Assembly (NCBI GenBank): GCA_964613215.1
Contig: CAZTHK010000005.1
Location: 7,958-71,957 of the forward strand
Source of the DNA: an uncultured bacterium
GTDB taxonomy: Bacteria > Krumholzibacteriota > Krumholzibacteriia > Krumholzibacteriales > CAZTHK01
Reading direction: 5' to 3'
Length of the DNA stretch: 64,000 nucleotides
The notes beneath the pieces are model-generated. The model ran no database searches. It saw only the letters and a list, made by a program, of their open reading frames with translations, and was not told the DNA's origin. The position numbers were made by a program, and so were the translations under genes. Shown piece after piece: positions 28,472 through 38,511 of the stretch (position 1 is the stretch's first letter; each line of letters opens with the position of its first letter).

Positions 28472-30494
28472 TGAAGAAAATCCTGTTGCGGGATTGTGTG
28501 TCTCCACTGACAAGATCCTCTATTTTAAGAACCAGCTGGTATCTCCCCGGCTCAAGAGCGGATATGTCGATTTTCAGACTATCCCGGGTATTGGTAAGTT
28601 TACCACTCTGTTCTATGGAACTTGAAACATATGGCTTATCTTCCTGGTCATCTCCTTTAATAGATGACCACATGTAGGACAGTGTTCTGCGGATTCCACT
28701 CTGATATTGCCGGCCGGGTGGATTTTTGATCTGGTAAGTAATCCGGTATCTGGATGTATTAGATGCATCCCTCTTAAGATTATATATATGGTAGGTGACA
28801 CATACTGGTTGGGCTATCTGGTAGTTTGGTATGGGATTAAGTATGGAGGTACACGAATTGTGGTCTCCCGGGATAGTCAATTTTATGCTGCTTACCTTCA
28901 GCCGGTCTCCATAAAACTCATCAATGATCATGGGTATCCTGGCGGATCCCTTGTATCTGGTTTTATTATCAACTATCTCTATGGCACAGAGACTCTCCAT
29001 CTCCCTGGGGGTAAGCTCTATCCAGAAGTTTCTGATGCGAAAGGAACCGGCGGGCCCTTCCAATCCTTCGAGATTGCCCGGATTGAGTTTGAAGAATTCT
29101 CTGGCATATCTTCGCATTTCGAAATCGAAGAAGGTTACAAAGACCCGGGAAGAATCACTCAGATTCTTCAGATGGATTTCCGGTATGGCTATTGAAAATT
29201 CCAGCCTGGTGAGCCCCCTGTCTCCTCTGCTCTGGGCTATCTCCGCCTTTACAGGAAGTCGCTGGTATTTAATGGGGTATTCGTACATATGGGGAATCTG
29301 CTTCAGCAACTTAGCTGATTGCTCTCCCCGGTGATCACTGATAGGAAAATGAAAATTGCCATTCAGAAATTCATCGTGAAAGTAGAGAGTAATATAGCCG
29401 TTTTCCATTTTGTATACCCAGGCTATCCATCCTCCTGAGTGGCCTCCCTGCAAATCATACTGTTTCTTGTATGGATACCCATAGCTGATAAGCGTTTCCC
29501 CCATATCGGTTTCTTCTCCGTTAAGACCCAGCTTAGGGTCGTCAAACAACATTTCCGCCAGGAATACCCTGCTGAAGTGTTCCAGCTTCCTTTCATTTAT
29601 TTCGGTAGAGGGTGTGGGGTCGTTCTCCACCCAGAATTTTCTTCTCCATTCCTCCCTTCCGGGAAGTGAGGTAGTCTCCCATAGTTCTGCGCTGGATGGA
29701 TCCAGGAGCTTCGAGATATCCAGGTATGGTGCCAGCTGACTTTGATTCATCATCCGGAAGGCTTCCCGGAATTCTGATCTGGCCTCCCTGAATTGTGAGG
29801 ATTTTAGATACAGTGTACCCAACAGCAGATGAATTCTGTAATCGTCCGGATGATATATCTCCGCCTTCCGGCCGTACTTTATTGCAGTTAGATACATGTG
29901 ACGGAACATCAGCAGAAAACTGAGCCTGTAGAGGGTATTCTTATCCTCCCTGTTTAACCGGTGTGCCTTTCTGAAGTAGCTTATTGCCTTCTTGAGATGA
30001 TTGTTATAGCAGAGCGTTTTGATATATTCGTTGTACTCCAGCCTGCCCAGCTGGTACCAGCCCTGGAAACATTCCGGATCGAAACTGACCGCCTGTTTGA
30101 AGTCTTTCATCGCTTCACCGATGAATCCCCGGGCGTGGTATGTAAGCCCCCTCTGTATGTAGTTAGCCGGATTCATTGGTTCGATATCGAGAGCCCGGTT
30201 TACCGCCTCCAGGGAGAGCAACCTGGAGCGTGGTGTTCCCTTGAGACGGTACGCAACAGCAAGATCCCTGTATAATTGGGGATCATCGGGACTATCCGCT
30301 ATTTCACTCTTTATTGCCACTATGCTGCTGTCTACACCGGCGCGTTCACGTGGAGTAACTTCATGTATAAAGTCCTCCTTCATTGCGGGTTTCCTGGATG
30401 GTACCAGGGAACAGTTCGAAAGCAGAAAAGCAATGATAAGTAAAAGTATCGGGTATTTTATGTAAGCGTTTGAAAACATATGAATTATAACCAA
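28452..30494 (-). CDS. TPR + GWxTD-domain lipoprotein
   Basis: Lipobox-like LLSNC, TPR helices, FWVENDPTPSTEINERKLEH and GEETDMGETLISYGYP (GWxTD variant), C-terminal LEPGRYQLVLKIED Ig-like domain. Start may be ATG at 30479. Confidence 0.8.
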   Translation of the reverse strand: MVIIHMFSNAYIKYPILLLIIAFLLSNCSLVPSRKPAMKEDFIHEVTPRERAGVDSSIVAIKSEIADSPDDPQLYRDLAVAYRLKGTPRSRLLSLEAVNRALDIEPMNPANYIQRGLTYHARGFIGEAMKDFKQAVSFDPECFQGWYQLGRLEYNEYIKTLCYNNHLKKAISYFRKAHRLNREDKNTLYRLSFLLMFRHMYLTAIKYGRKAEIYHPDDYRIHLLLGTLYLKSSQFREARSEFREAFRMMNQSQLAPYLDISKLLDPSSAELWETTSLPGREEWRRKFWVENDPTPSTEINERKLEHFSRVFLAEMLFDDPKLGLNGEETDMGETLISYGYPYKKQYDLQGGHSGGWIAWVYKMENGYITLYFHDEFLNGNFHFPISDHRGEQSAKLLKQIPHMYEYPIKYQRLPVKAEIAQSRGDRGLTRLEFSIAIPEIHLKNLSDSSRVFVTFFDFEMRRYAREFFKLNPGNLEGLEGPAGSFRIRNFWIELTPREMESLCAIEIVDNKTRYKGSARIPMIIDEFYGDRLKVSSIKLTIPGDHNSCTSILNPIPNYQIAQPVCVTYHIYNLKRDASNTSRYRITYQIKNPPGRQYQSGIRRTLSYMWSSIKGDDQEDKPYVSSSIEQSGKLTNTRDSLKIDISALEPGRYQLVLKIEDLVSGDTQSRNRIFFISAKEE

Positions 30495-30589
30495 ATGTAT
30501 TCAGAACAGGAATATAGTTCCTCCACTGTACCGGGGGGAATGATATTTGCATAAAATATATAGATTAACCTTGATGAATTCAAGATTTT

Positions 30590-32041
30590 GTGGAGCGGAT
30601 TATGGATATGCACACTCTCCAGGCCATGCCGGTTGAATTTCACAAGTTCAAGGCAGCGGTAACCGCCCTGGCAGAACTCATCTTTAAACGGAGGATGTTT
30701 CCTCCGGGCCATATATCGGTTGAAAATGCTTCCCGGGAGGCGTTTATAAGGCTGGATGTTCTGCTTCACAAAAAACCATGCCTTCTGTTCAAGATAAGAG
30801 GGGATTTCATAAGTTATCTTAATTACCGTGTGGATGTAGGCGATAGAGATAATAAAGCGGTTAATTTCATGCGTGAGCGCTTTTCCAGAATGTCAGTGGA
30901 TGAAGTGGAATTCTGTACTGGTTTGAGCAAGAATGAGTTATTGCTGTTTGCCGCTTTTCTTCAGGGAAACACCGGGGAAAGTGATAAACAGGGAAATGAG
31001 TGGCTTGATATTAAGAATATAAAGGTGCGGAATACCGACAGCGGAGAAAAAAGATTGAGAGGCCGTAATAATGAATTCGGAGGTGGCCCCGGGAGGGAAA
31101 AGCGGAAGAATGGTATAAGACTTAATAATAATGGTGGCGGCAAGATGGGAAGGCTTATTTCAGGTGTGTTGATGAAGATGGGTAAGATCGGCTCCAGGGA
31201 GAGGCAGGATTCTGCAGGACAACTTCTGAAATTAGTGGAGAGGGAAGGAAGGAATTCAACCCCTATTATGCTGTTGAGTTCTTTACGTGAGTTCGATGAA
31301 TACACCTTCTCGCATTCGGTTAATGTGGCAGTCATTTCCACGGCTATCGGAAGATGGCTGGGATTCAGCGAGGAAACTGTCGATGATATAGGAATCGCGG
31401 CTCTGATGCATGATATGGGTAAGATATATATTCCCGGGGATATTCTGCGCAAGAAGGGCAGGTTGTCTCCCACCGAATGGCTGGCCATCAAGAAGCATCC
31501 TGTTCACGGCTATAGAATTCTGAGGGAGGAGGGGGTGGATTACATAGCATGCCGGGTGGCTTATGAACATCATATGCGTTATGATCTTAAGGGTTATCCG
31601 CCTCCCAGGAGTAATGCGGATCTTCATAATTACAGTCATATAGTCAGGATAGCAGATAGTTATGACGCCCTCACCACTAACAGGCCGTATCGCAAGCAGC
31701 TGGACCCCTTCAGTGCAATTAAATTGATGTACCGTGGAAAGGGTGGTGAATTTCACCCTCATTTCCTGGAGATATTCATGAATGTGCTGGGCAATATACC
31801 GGTGGGAAGTATAATTCAATTAATCAGTGGTGAGATAGCTGTAGTAGTTAATGTCAACGAGCTCCAGGGAGAACTTCCCACGGTAAGGATTTTAAAGGAT
31901 TCTGAGGGTAACCCGGTAAAAGGGGATATCATAGTTGATCTCAACCGGAGGAGGGAGGAAACGGGCAATCAATCCGTAATAAAGGGAATACTGGATGGAT
32001 TCAAAGAGAATATCGATGTGGGCAAGTACCTGCATGATTAG
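30590..32041 (+). CDS. HD-GYP domain protein (c-di-GMP phosphodiesterase family)
   Basis: YTFSHSVNV, MHDMGK, HPVHG, HHMRYDLKGYP, ADSYDALTTNRPYR. Confidence 0.9.
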   Translation: MERIMDMHTLQAMPVEFHKFKAAVTALAELIFKRRMFPPGHISVENASREAFIRLDVLLHKKPCLLFKIRGDFISYLNYRVDVGDRDNKAVNFMRERFSRMSVDEVEFCTGLSKNELLLFAAFLQGNTGESDKQGNEWLDIKNIKVRNTDSGEKRLRGRNNEFGGGPGREKRKNGIRLNNNGGGKMGRLISGVLMKMGKIGSRERQDSAGQLLKLVEREGRNSTPIMLLSSLREFDEYTFSHSVNVAVISTAIGRWLGFSEETVDDIGIAALMHDMGKIYIPGDILRKKGRLSPTEWLAIKKHPVHGYRILREEGVDYIACRVAYEHHMRYDLKGYPPPRSNADLHNYSHIVRIADSYDALTTNRPYRKQLDPFSAIKLMYRGKGGEFHPHFLEIFMNVLGNIPVGSIIQLISGEIAVVVNVNELQGELPTVRILKDSEGNPVKGDIIVDLNRRREETGNQSVIKGILDGFKENIDVGKYLHD

Positions 32042-32048
32042 AATGAGA

Positions 32049-32085
32049 CCCAGGGCGATCATCCTCACGTGAAGATCACCCCGGG
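32049..32085 (-). terminator. 12-bp stem-loop between convergent genes (terminator-like) carrying a conserved loop motif
   Basis: Minus strand CCCGGGGUGAUC/GAUCGCCCUGGG pairs fully with two G-U wobbles; 13-nt loop UUCACGUGAGGAU. Confidence 0.6.
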
Positions 32086-32111
32086 CCGTCCATATTACAG
32101 CGGTTGACAGA

Positions 32112-32510
32112 TTACAGCGTTCCCGGATTACCCAGCTGTTCTATTCTGTTTCCCACTATCCAGGTGTAATGAATTACATCCGTGGTGGAATGAATGGTTA
32201 TTTCTATTGTTTCCCCGGGCTTTGCGGGTTTATCACCGGTTCTTGCTATCAACTGTCCGTCGTCAGATACAGTACACCATCCCGATGGGGCATAGCTGTC
32301 TATTATTGCTCCCTTGGGATCCAGAAACTGTACCGCATAAATGGGGCTTTTGGTGGCTTCAATCTTCACCGTTACAAGAAAGTTTCCCTCTTCGGTATGT
32401 TTTACACTCTTGCTGATCACAGCCGTTGAACCCGAAAGGGATGTGGCCAGGAAGAGGGTGAGAAGAACAGAAACCAGGGTGAAATACGCCACCCTTCTTT
32501 TACCAAACAT
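32112..32510 (-). CDS. Small secreted hypothetical protein (Ig-like pattern)
   Basis: ATG at 32510 with GGAGG SD; signal peptide; APSGW motif and alternating beta strands. Confidence 0.75.
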   Translation of the reverse strand: MFGKRRVAYFTLVSVLLTLFLATSLSGSTAVISKSVKHTEEGNFLVTVKIEATKSPIYAVQFLDPKGAIIDSYAPSGWCTVSDDGQLIARTGDKPAKPGETIEITIHSTTDVIHYTWIVGNRIEQLGNPGTL

Positions 32511-32769
32511 CTTGTTGTCCTCCAAGCAGTTGTTGTAACTATCCAAACTAATTTATAAGATACTTAACAATAGCTCCTGATGTGTTTATTATTATACCAT
32601 AAACTCAGCCACTTTGTCGAGCGGGCTAAAACATTTTCCGGAAATATAGGGTATATTTTTCCTGATAGCCATTTCCGGATTATTCAATCGGTGAGCTAAA
32701 AGCCTGTAATTGATTAAGATAAAAATATATGACGGTGAGGCATAATGGTTGCAGTCAACTGAATCTGAA

Positions 32770-33336
32770 ATGTACAGGTATATATTGATATTGATTGTGA
32801 CTCTTCTGATACCGGTTTCCGGGCTCACCCAGATTTTCCACCCCGGCGTTGTGGAGACTCATCTGGGAGGGGGGTTATCGCTTTATGCCCCCATTCATCA
32901 CCAGTCGATGTCATTGGGGTATGCCCTGTCCCTGACCATGCGGCCGGAATATGCCAGAAACATTATCGACGGCCTGGAAAGATGGAATCTGGGTTTTACC
33001 GTACAGTCTATTAATCATGTGATGGAATCCGGGGAAGTCTTCCGGGATGCCGGATTTACTCTGAGATATTATCTCACTGAAAATAAATGCGGTTTGGACT
33101 GGGAGAGCTATTTCATAGGGGGAGGACTCGGTGTAGCCACATACCAATGGGAGGGAGGGGGAATAACACATAAGCACAAGAACCTGGATTATCTTCTCGA
33201 ACTTGGTTACGAAGCTGATATGAGAAGGCCGTTAGTCTTTGTCTTCAGCGCCAATGCCCGCCTGGCCAGCAGGGAATCGATAAGTTTTACCGGAATCGGG
33301 ATAAGTATCTCTATTGCCTATGGGGTGGGGGAATAG
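32770..33336 (+). CDS. Probable small outer-membrane beta-barrel protein
   Basis: Signal peptide from ATG 32770; amphipathic strands (FTLRYYL, YFIGGGLGVA, LELGYE, ISISIAY). Confidence 0.65.
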   Translation: MYRYILILIVTLLIPVSGLTQIFHPGVVETHLGGGLSLYAPIHHQSMSLGYALSLTMRPEYARNIIDGLERWNLGFTVQSINHVMESGEVFRDAGFTLRYYLTENKCGLDWESYFIGGGLGVATYQWEGGGITHKHKNLDYLLELGYEADMRRPLVFVFSANARLASRESISFTGIGISISIAYGVGE

Positions 33337-33489
33337 TAAAACCTTTCCAGCAGGAAATTTCTTATTATTTGCAATGTCAATTATTTTTACGATTAGTGAT
33401 GCGGTGGCATATAACTTTCTAGATGTATGAATCATAACGGATTTGTGAAATGGAACTAATGTATCTGGTTATTTGATAAAGGAATTAAA

Positions 33490-33873
33490 ATGCCACACCG
33501 AATTCTTGTAGTCGATGACGAAGTGCATCTTGCAAAGATTATCGAATTCACTTTAAAACATGAAGGATATTCGGTTGATGTAGCCTTCGATGGCGAAGAG
33601 GCACTGGAAAAGATCAGAAACAGCGATCCGGATCTTATAATTCTGGATCTGATGCTTCCCATAGTGGATGGATATAGAATCTGTAACCGGATTAAAGGGG
33701 ACGAAAGATACATGGATATACCGGTTATAATACTTACCGCCAGGAATATTGAGGGAGAGGATATAAAAGAGCCCATAAGGGCGGATATGTTTATGAAGAA
33801 ACCATTCAATACGGATAAGCTTCTGGAGAATATTGAAAGTCTTCTGGAACAGAAGTCTGCAGCCGGCGGTTAG
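33490..33873 (+). CDS. Single-domain response regulator
   Basis: ILVVDDE, DLMLP (phospho-Asp), LTA, KKPF. Confidence 0.93.
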   Translation: MPHRILVVDDEVHLAKIIEFTLKHEGYSVDVAFDGEEALEKIRNSDPDLIILDLMLPIVDGYRICNRIKGDERYMDIPVIILTARNIEGEDIKEPIRADMFMKKPFNTDKLLENIESLLEQKSAAGG

Positions 33874-33894
33874 TTGCCGCTCTCTTGCAGCCGG

Positions 33895-34524
33895 TCAGGA
33901 TGGCTGCATGAAAATATCCTGTTGTGCGGATTTCTCTTCCCCGCCGGTGTTTTCATTACTGCCGTCACCCAGGTATGTCTCCTTCTCCCTTATGAGCTTT
34001 TCCAGCTTTTTTCCCATTTCCATAAACTCCTTGCGGGATAGGAGGGTCAGACATTTTTTTAATTCATCAATCTCAGATGATTCCTTATCTTTAATTTTTT
34101 CAACCGCTTGCATCATGTTCTTATTAAAACAGGCGAAGGGTCCGTGGCCGGTTCCTGTCTCGCTGAGGCGGGGGAAACTTCCCCTGGCAAGTGATATCAG
34201 TCCCCGCTGCGCCACACCTACCGGCCGGAATAATTTTGCAGTAATAAGAATGGATAAGATATACAGCGATGCTGCTATGATCAGTATTACGGCAAAGGTG
34301 TTTACCAGAAGCATACTCTTCATCTTACCAGACACCGCCTCCAGCTCGGGTATCTGTTTGACCATGGCAGCCTCACTGGATATGAGTGAAAAATAGAAAC
34401 TCAGTCCGAAGGCTAAAGCCACTACCAGGGTAGATACCAGCAGTAGTACCCTTATTTGCATCTTTATCTTGCCGGCTATATTCTCGGTAAGTTCCTGAAT
34501 AGTGCTTTCAGATTCTTTGAACAT
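33895..34524 (-). CDS. Two-TM membrane protein with HAMP-like segment
   Basis: Two hydrophobic helices followed by KLFRPV...LARGSF...FNKNM. Confidence 0.6.
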   Translation of the reverse strand: MFKESESTIQELTENIAGKIKMQIRVLLLVSTLVVALAFGLSFYFSLISSEAAMVKQIPELEAVSGKMKSMLLVNTFAVILIIAASLYILSILITAKLFRPVGVAQRGLISLARGSFPRLSETGTGHGPFACFNKNMMQAVEKIKDKESSEIDELKKCLTLLSRKEFMEMGKKLEKLIREKETYLGDGSNENTGGEEKSAQQDIFMQPS

Positions 34525-34627
34525 CGATCTTCCCCCTTTTCAGTACCACAGGGCTGTATTTCCTTACCTGGAAAATATGTATTATACTCAAATGAGTATC
34601 TAATCAATAAATGTGCCAGAAACGGGG

Positions 34628-35422
34628 TTAATCCCCCCCGCAGAATTTCTCCAGTGCCGCTTTGAATTCATCCACATCCACGGTGGTGTCCTTACATGGT
34701 CCGGAGGGACGGATATTGGATATTCCGATAACGGGTATACGCGGAGCTATATCCCTTATACCGCTCAACAGGTCCCTTTCGCAGGCAATTGCCACTATGG
34801 CATTCGGTTCAGTCTTATTAACTATCCGGCGTGCGACCTCCCCGCCCGGTGCGGTGTGAGATTCCACATTGGGAAAGCGGGAGCAGATATCGGAGATGGC
34901 CTTCCTGGTGGTTTTATTCAGGCATCTGGGGAGAAGTGCCAGGACCTTGCCCTGAACGTTGTCAACCCCGACCAGGTCGTTGCTGACTTTAATAAAAGAG
35001 TGACTTAACCGGTCTCTGGAGATACCCAGCCTGGAGGCCAGCCTCTGAACACAGGGGAGGAGAAAGAAAAATAGTTTATTCCCCCTGGAGAGACATATAT
35101 TAAAATAGTTGTTCTTCAGGTAAACTGCCATGATCAGAAGCAGATACCAGGCCAGAAGGAAGAGGGCGGAACCTGTGGTCAGAATGAGCAGTATCAGCAC
35201 CCAGATCCTTCCGAACATTTCAAAACGGGGCAGGATAAGGTAGAGCAGCAAAAAAAGTATGGCGATGATTAAAGTTAGTACAGCCAGAGAGATCAGGAGA
35301 AAGGTGCGTTTTCCCTCATTTATGTTCCGGATACCCTCACCCTCTTCCCATTCCAGCCATTCATCTCCCAGAACCCGGTCCTTCCTTTTGTGCTTTTTAG
35401 TTTCAGGTCTATCTTGGGCCAT
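34628..35422 (-). CDS. DUF116 domain membrane protein
   Basis: LLPRCL, APGGEVAR, AIACERDLLSGI, RPSGPCKDT. Confidence 0.85.
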   Translation of the reverse strand: MAQDRPETKKHKRKDRVLGDEWLEWEEGEGIRNINEGKRTFLLISLAVLTLIIAILFLLLYLILPRFEMFGRIWVLILLILTTGSALFLLAWYLLLIMAVYLKNNYFNICLSRGNKLFFFLLPCVQRLASRLGISRDRLSHSFIKVSNDLVGVDNVQGKVLALLPRCLNKTTRKAISDICSRFPNVESHTAPGGEVARRIVNKTEPNAIVAIACERDLLSGIRDIAPRIPVIGISNIRPSGPCKDTTVDVDEFKAALEKFCGGD

Positions 35423-35534
35423 TTCAAAAATTAGGGAAAAAGTAACTGGTTAAATGATAAAATTTCAATTGGAAATTTACTCCAACAACAAATATCATGC
35501 AACCAGAATCTTAACTCTACTAACCCGCAGGGCA

Positions 35535-35640
35535 GAGTTCCACGGGCTTGCCCGCGGGTGAATGTGAACTCCGCCCGGATGGGCGGCGGGCGAAGCTGGT
35601 ATTTTGATTGAGTGCCATGGGCTTGCCCATGGTTATCTAC
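35535..35640. repeat. Pair of directly repeated GC-rich palindromes with a central hairpin (REP / IS200-IS605 end-like, MITE candidate)
   Basis: CCACGGGC-TT-GCCCGCGG (35540-35557), CCGCCC-GGAT-GGGCGG (35571-35586), CCATGGGC-TT-GCCCATGG (35615-35632). Confidence 0.65.
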
Positions 35641-35680
35641 ATGGTAAGAGCCGAATCTGGAGGGAGTCAACCCGAAAAGT

Positions 35681-36568
35681 ATGAAGGAACATATAACTAT
35701 CTGGACAGCAATAATTTCAGTTTCCTTCGCAGCAATATTCATAAGGCTGGCGCAGGCTCCTCCCGCCACCATAGCCGCTCTCCGGATGATCTTTTCCATT
35801 CTGATGCTGGTGCCCTGGGTGGCGGTATCGGGGACCATGCGCCGGGAATTGAGGGAAGTTACCTCATATGATGCAACTCTTATGATTATATCAGGTTTTT
35901 TCCTGGCACTCCATTTCTATATGTGGATCTATTCCCTCTATCTGACCGGAGTGGCGAGTAGTGTGGTACTGGTTACCATGAACCCGATCTTCGTTTCCCT
36001 CTATTCTGCTCTGCTGGGCGGGGAGCGGCTGGGGAGGGTATTCTGGGTTGGGCTGGCTCTGGCTGTAGCCGGCAGCCTTATCATAGGAGAGCGTGATTTT
36101 TCAGCGGGAGGTACCCGCTGGAAGGGTGATCTTCTGGCTCTGGGCGGGGCTGTCTCGGTAGCAGGATATTTTCTGATTGGAGCAAAATTAAGGAGGAAAT
36201 TCTCTCTGGTCAGCTATATATTTCCGGTATATCTAACTGCTACTGTTATCCTTACCGGAGTTTCTATTTTCACCGGTGACGGCGTGCTGGGATACCGGCC
36301 GGAAGTTTACATCTACTGTTTTCTGCTGGCCCTGATATGTCAGTTTATGGGGCACACTCTGTTCAACTGGGCACTGAAATTCGTAGGTCCTTCAGTGGTG
36401 GCCATCAGTACAATGGGTGAACCGGTGGGTAGTACCATACTGGCTGTCTTCATTCTGGGAGAAACACCTGTACCAGCCGAAATAATTGGAGGGGTATTGA
36501 TACTTGGAGGTATAGTAACTGTTCTTTATATCAGGCAACTATCCCCCTCCCGGCCTTTGCCGGGTTAG
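35681..36568 (+). CDS. DMT/EamA family transporter
   Basis: About ten TM helices; GDLLAL, GHTLFNWAL, GEPVGS. Confidence 0.92.
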   Translation: MKEHITIWTAIISVSFAAIFIRLAQAPPATIAALRMIFSILMLVPWVAVSGTMRRELREVTSYDATLMIISGFFLALHFYMWIYSLYLTGVASSVVLVTMNPIFVSLYSALLGGERLGRVFWVGLALAVAGSLIIGERDFSAGGTRWKGDLLALGGAVSVAGYFLIGAKLRRKFSLVSYIFPVYLTATVILTGVSIFTGDGVLGYRPEVYIYCFLLALICQFMGHTLFNWALKFVGPSVVAISTMGEPVGSTILAVFILGETPVPAEIIGGVLILGGIVTVLYIRQLSPSRPLPG

Positions 36569-36600
36569 CTGTCTGCCATGGGCATGCAGAGAAGCTTTTT

Positions 36601-37032
36601 TCACCAGATATTCCGGGAGTCATTGCAGCCGGCGCTCAGTTCGGGGTCATCCCCATCCGGCCGGAATGTCTTGATTGTGATAAGATGTATGGTAACTCCA
36701 ACTGCGATTATAAAAAGTATCAGCCGTAACCACCACCGGGATACCGCCAGCCATGAGGTTAGCCCGATGGTTGACCATAGAAGCAGAATGGTAACTACCT
36801 TCTGCTTAAGCGGTATTCCCTTGCCTTCCCGGTAGTTCCCGATATAAGAACCGCACCACCGGTTGGTGATCAGCCAGTTATGAAAGAACCGGGAACTTCT
36901 GGAATAGCATATCGCAGCCAGCAGGAGGAAGGGGGTAGTTGGCAGAAGCGGGAGAAACATTCCAGCCACACCGAGTATTACCATACCGGTTCCCGCTGAT
37001 ATAAGCAGAATTCTGGTTATTCTCTTCATCAA
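36601..37032 (-). CDS. YbaN family (DUF454) membrane protein
   Basis: LPLLPTTPFLLLAAICYSRSS motif. Confidence 0.92.
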   Translation of the reverse strand: MMKRITRILLISAGTGMVILGVAGMFLPLLPTTPFLLLAAICYSRSSRFFHNWLITNRWCGSYIGNYREGKGIPLKQKVVTILLLWSTIGLTSWLAVSRWWLRLILFIIAVGVTIHLITIKTFRPDGDDPELSAGCNDSRNIW

Positions 37033-38207
37033 TTCTCCTGGATTGACCCGGGAGCTTTGGATGACAGGGAATCTATCAGCTGATTGACCTTTCCGGCTAT
37101 CTCTCCTCCGCCCTTCCAGACCCGGATGAAATTGCGGAATGCTTCCAGGGCCTTCTCCTTTGATCCCGATTTCATGTAAATATGACCCAGGTAGTAATAT
37201 GTCCTGGGAGGTGTCTCCGATGCACCCAGCAGATTCTCCATTACTTTAAGCGCTGAATCGATTTTACCCGAGCGGTATAGAGCTAACCCCAGACCAAGAT
37301 TTGATTCGATATCCCGGGGAGAGATTTCCAGGGCTTTATGGAACGATTTCAGTGCCTTATCCCACTTCTTCTCTGTGTTGTAATATTTGCCCAGGTTTCG
37401 CCAGGCGGGAAGGGAGGAGCGGTCCCTGAAAATGGCCAGGCGGAAATTCTCCCTGGCCTCCCGGAGGTTTCCCAGTTCCATATGAGTCAAACCAAGATAG
37501 AGATAGAGGTCATGAGTCAGCAGCCCTCCGGACTTTGCCCGGTTCAGGGCATTGAGTGCGTCATTATACATTCGTCTCTGATAGGCGATCTTGCCCAGCA
37601 GCAGCAGTAACTTCTCATTGCCGGGAGAAAAGTTGAGGGCGGAGATGACCTGCGAATAAGCCATGGAGTATTTTCTCTGGCCGTAGAGGGCGGCAGCAAG
37701 AATTCGGTTTGCTTCAGCATGGTGGGGGAGCAGGTTGAGAGCGGTGGTAGCATAGTCCACAGATGTATTTAACTGGTCTGCTTTCAGTGCGCATCTTGCC
37801 AGGCCTATTGCTGCAGGGACATAGCGGGGAGAGAGATTCATACTGCGCCGGTAATATTTTTTCGCCTGTATTAAATTGTCCTGAAGCTCCAGCGCCCTGC
37901 CCAGTCCATAATTGGCCTCGTGGTCATCCCGGTTAATCGAAACCGCTATTCTCAAAGGGGGTTCCGCTTTCTCCGGCTGGCCGGTCTTCAGATATGCCAT
38001 CCCCAGGTTATAGTTAGTGGCCGGATCATCCGGGCGGTGCTCAAGTGACAGCTGCCATTCCCGGATAGCCTGTTCATAATTATCGATGGAGGCAGCATTC
38101 ACGCCCCGGTTGTAATGTTTTATGGCCGGGTCCCCACATGATGACAGCAGCAAGCATATAGTTACGGATAATATCAGGGTTATTATACGCATGTTATCAT
38201 AATCCAC
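37029..38207 (-). CDS. TPR-repeat lipoprotein
   Basis: Lipobox LSSC; repeated YNLG/YGLG/YLGL/NLG TPR helices. Confidence 0.88.
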   Translation of the reverse strand: MDYDNMRIITLILSVTICLLLSSCGDPAIKHYNRGVNAASIDNYEQAIREWQLSLEHRPDDPATNYNLGMAYLKTGQPEKAEPPLRIAVSINRDDHEANYGLGRALELQDNLIQAKKYYRRSMNLSPRYVPAAIGLARCALKADQLNTSVDYATTALNLLPHHAEANRILAAALYGQRKYSMAYSQVISALNFSPGNEKLLLLLGKIAYQRRMYNDALNALNRAKSGGLLTHDLYLYLGLTHMELGNLREARENFRLAIFRDRSSLPAWRNLGKYYNTEKKWDKALKSFHKALEISPRDIESNLGLGLALYRSGKIDSALKVMENLLGASETPPRTYYYLGHIYMKSGSKEKALEAFRNFIRVWKGGGEIAGKVNQLIDSLSSKAPGSIQEN

Positions 38208-38511
38208 ATAATCACCAATTTTGATAATATAAAAATAACAGTTAAGTTTCTCTTGACCAATATATTTTTATCATTCATATGGGGCTGCCCGGTGATGTGC
38301 TACAGAATTCCCATAACAATGAACTGATCTTAAGTTATCCGGAATTATGGATCGGAAGCAGTATGAAAAAATGCCCGGCTGATTATCTTCAAAGTTGGTT
38401 GCCCGGCAGGTGGTATGGGGTTATATTAAACCTGACCGGATAGATGGTTCCCTGTACGGAGATGGCAGGGGAGAAAGGTTTATGATTGACCATAATGAAA
38501 AGTAAGGAGCA

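Noticed and set aside
35431-35871. ORFs 35431-35838 (-) and 35608-35871 (+) as transposase remnants
   Set aside because: No HUH or Tyr motif; they read through the palindromes and overlap the DMT gene.
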